This document shows, piece by piece, positions 62,828-64,000 of a stretch of DNA of 64,000 nt. The stretch is from Squalus acanthias (lineage: Eukaryota), in contig CM059433.1 in NCBI GenBank assembly GCA_030390025.1, positions 30,630,001 through 30,694,000 of the forward strand, given 5' to 3'. Under the pieces are notes generated by a model. The model searched no databases. It saw only the letters and a program-made list of their open reading frames with translations, and was not told the origin of the DNA. Both the position numbers and the translations under genes were made by a program. The stretch's first letter is position 1; each line of letters starts with the position of its first letter.

Positions 62828-63678
62828 GGGGGAAAAATTCATTCTCGCCCAGAAAGCAGTGGGTGTCCTCACCAACTGCCGTTAACGGCCGCCCGAAATG
62901 GCCGCCGCGCTAAACAAGGTAAATTGGTGTGGGGGGCATGGTGGTAGGTGGCGCAGCGCTAACCTTAGGTGCAACGCCATCATGGTGGCGTTGCACGAGG
63001 GATCCGGGACCAATTTGTAGTCCTGGTGCGGAGTTGGTGCTTCCCCGAGCGTCTGTGTGCGAGGCTGTGAGTCTCGGAATGCATTGTGGGCAGTGAGGAG
63101 CTCGGAAATTTAAATTGGCCATGCACATTGAAGCAAGGCAAAATAAAATGCACTGATTCAATACATTTTTCAGCCCTTTCTGTCTTTTAACAAATAATTC
63201 ATATTTAAAAGAACTTCCAAATGTCAATATTCAGCAATTAAAGCTGAATTACCTTCCTAAACTCAACAAATGGGAAAACTGCCTCAGCACTACCATAAAT
63301 GGCTCAGCAAGCCAGGGCAGGGTCACTGAGGGTCTCACACAGCACTCCAACTTTGTGCAGGGGGTCAACACTGCAAGACTGGCCTTCTACCCACAGGGGT
63401 CAGGAGGCCCTCCAGAAAGAACAAGGTGGGAGTACATTACCGAGGCCATCACTGCCAGCAGTGTCGCCCCCCACACCACCTAGCTCCAGTGCCCAAAGAA
63501 GCTTCATGACCTCAGACCACTGGTCAAGGTCAGTAAATGCATCTTCAAAAGCCATCTCCTACCAACTGCACCACTAGCCTCACACACTGCTCAATGCAGG
63601 ACCCGCAGTCACTCACCTACCAACAATCTGCACCAATGACGAAGCACATCTGCCATTCCTAGCCTCACCTCACCCCCT
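62828..63678 (+). mobile_element. Left part of a Harbinger-type transposon remnant
   Basis: GGGGGAAAAATT terminus, GC-rich subterminal region, then Myb/SANT-like exon. Confidence 0.6.
63299..63528 (+). pseudogene. Degenerate Myb/SANT-like exon (Harbinger ORF1 type)
   Basis: ATG MAQQAR.., then WEYITEAITASSVAPHTT*LQCPKKLHDLRPLVK|GTCAGT. Confidence 0.65.
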
Positions 63679-63684
63679 TGGTGG

Positions 63685-64000
63685 TCATATGAGGAGAGGT
63701 TGGGTAGATTGGGACTCTACTCATTGGAGTTCAGAAGAATGAGAGGCGATCTTATTGAAACATATAAGATTGTGAAGGGGTTGGATCGGGTGGATGCGGG
63801 GAGGATGTTCCCGATGACGGGTGAGACGAGAACTAGGGGACATAGTCTTAGAATAAGGGGCTGCTCTTTCAAAACTGAGATGAGGAGGAACTACTTCACT
63901 CAGAGGGTGGTAGGTCCATGGAATATGCTGCCACAAAAAGCTGTAGAAGCTACAACATTAATTAAATTTAAAACAGAAATAGACAGTTTCCTAGAAGTAA
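63685..64000 (+). mobile_element. CR1 3' fragment running off the window
   Basis: YEERLGRLGLYSLEFRRMRGDLIETYK. Confidence 0.92.

Overview
Repeat-dominated vertebrate DNA, most likely from a shark (inference from the mix of CR1 LINEs and DeuSINE/SacSINE1-like SINEs). No host protein-coding gene could be recognised. Most of the window is nested mobile DNA: at least five CR1 LINE subfamilies (three young 2.2-3.2 kb copies at 8373-11543, 39200-41393 and 53608-56330, none full length), L2 3' ends, a second CR1/Jockey-group LINE, two tRNA-derived SINE families that each borrow the tail of a LINE present in the window, and PIF/Harbinger-type MITEs with degenerate Myb/SANT exons. There is also a compound 30-bp/24-bp tandem array (15838-18244) that produces spurious long ORFs. 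The most informative signals are: (i) minimal type I hammerhead ribozyme motifs in two unrelated Penelope-like repeat families, with two copies folded back at the ribozyme core; (ii) a local inverted templated insertion at 42487-43300; (iii) MITEs rich in consensus 5' splice sites and TGACAG dyads; (iv) multi-layer insertions whose target-site duplications give their order; (v) a weak series of minus-strand exon-like segments. Coordinates were read by eye, so element ends may be off by a few bases. Family names are assigned from motifs, not from database searches.
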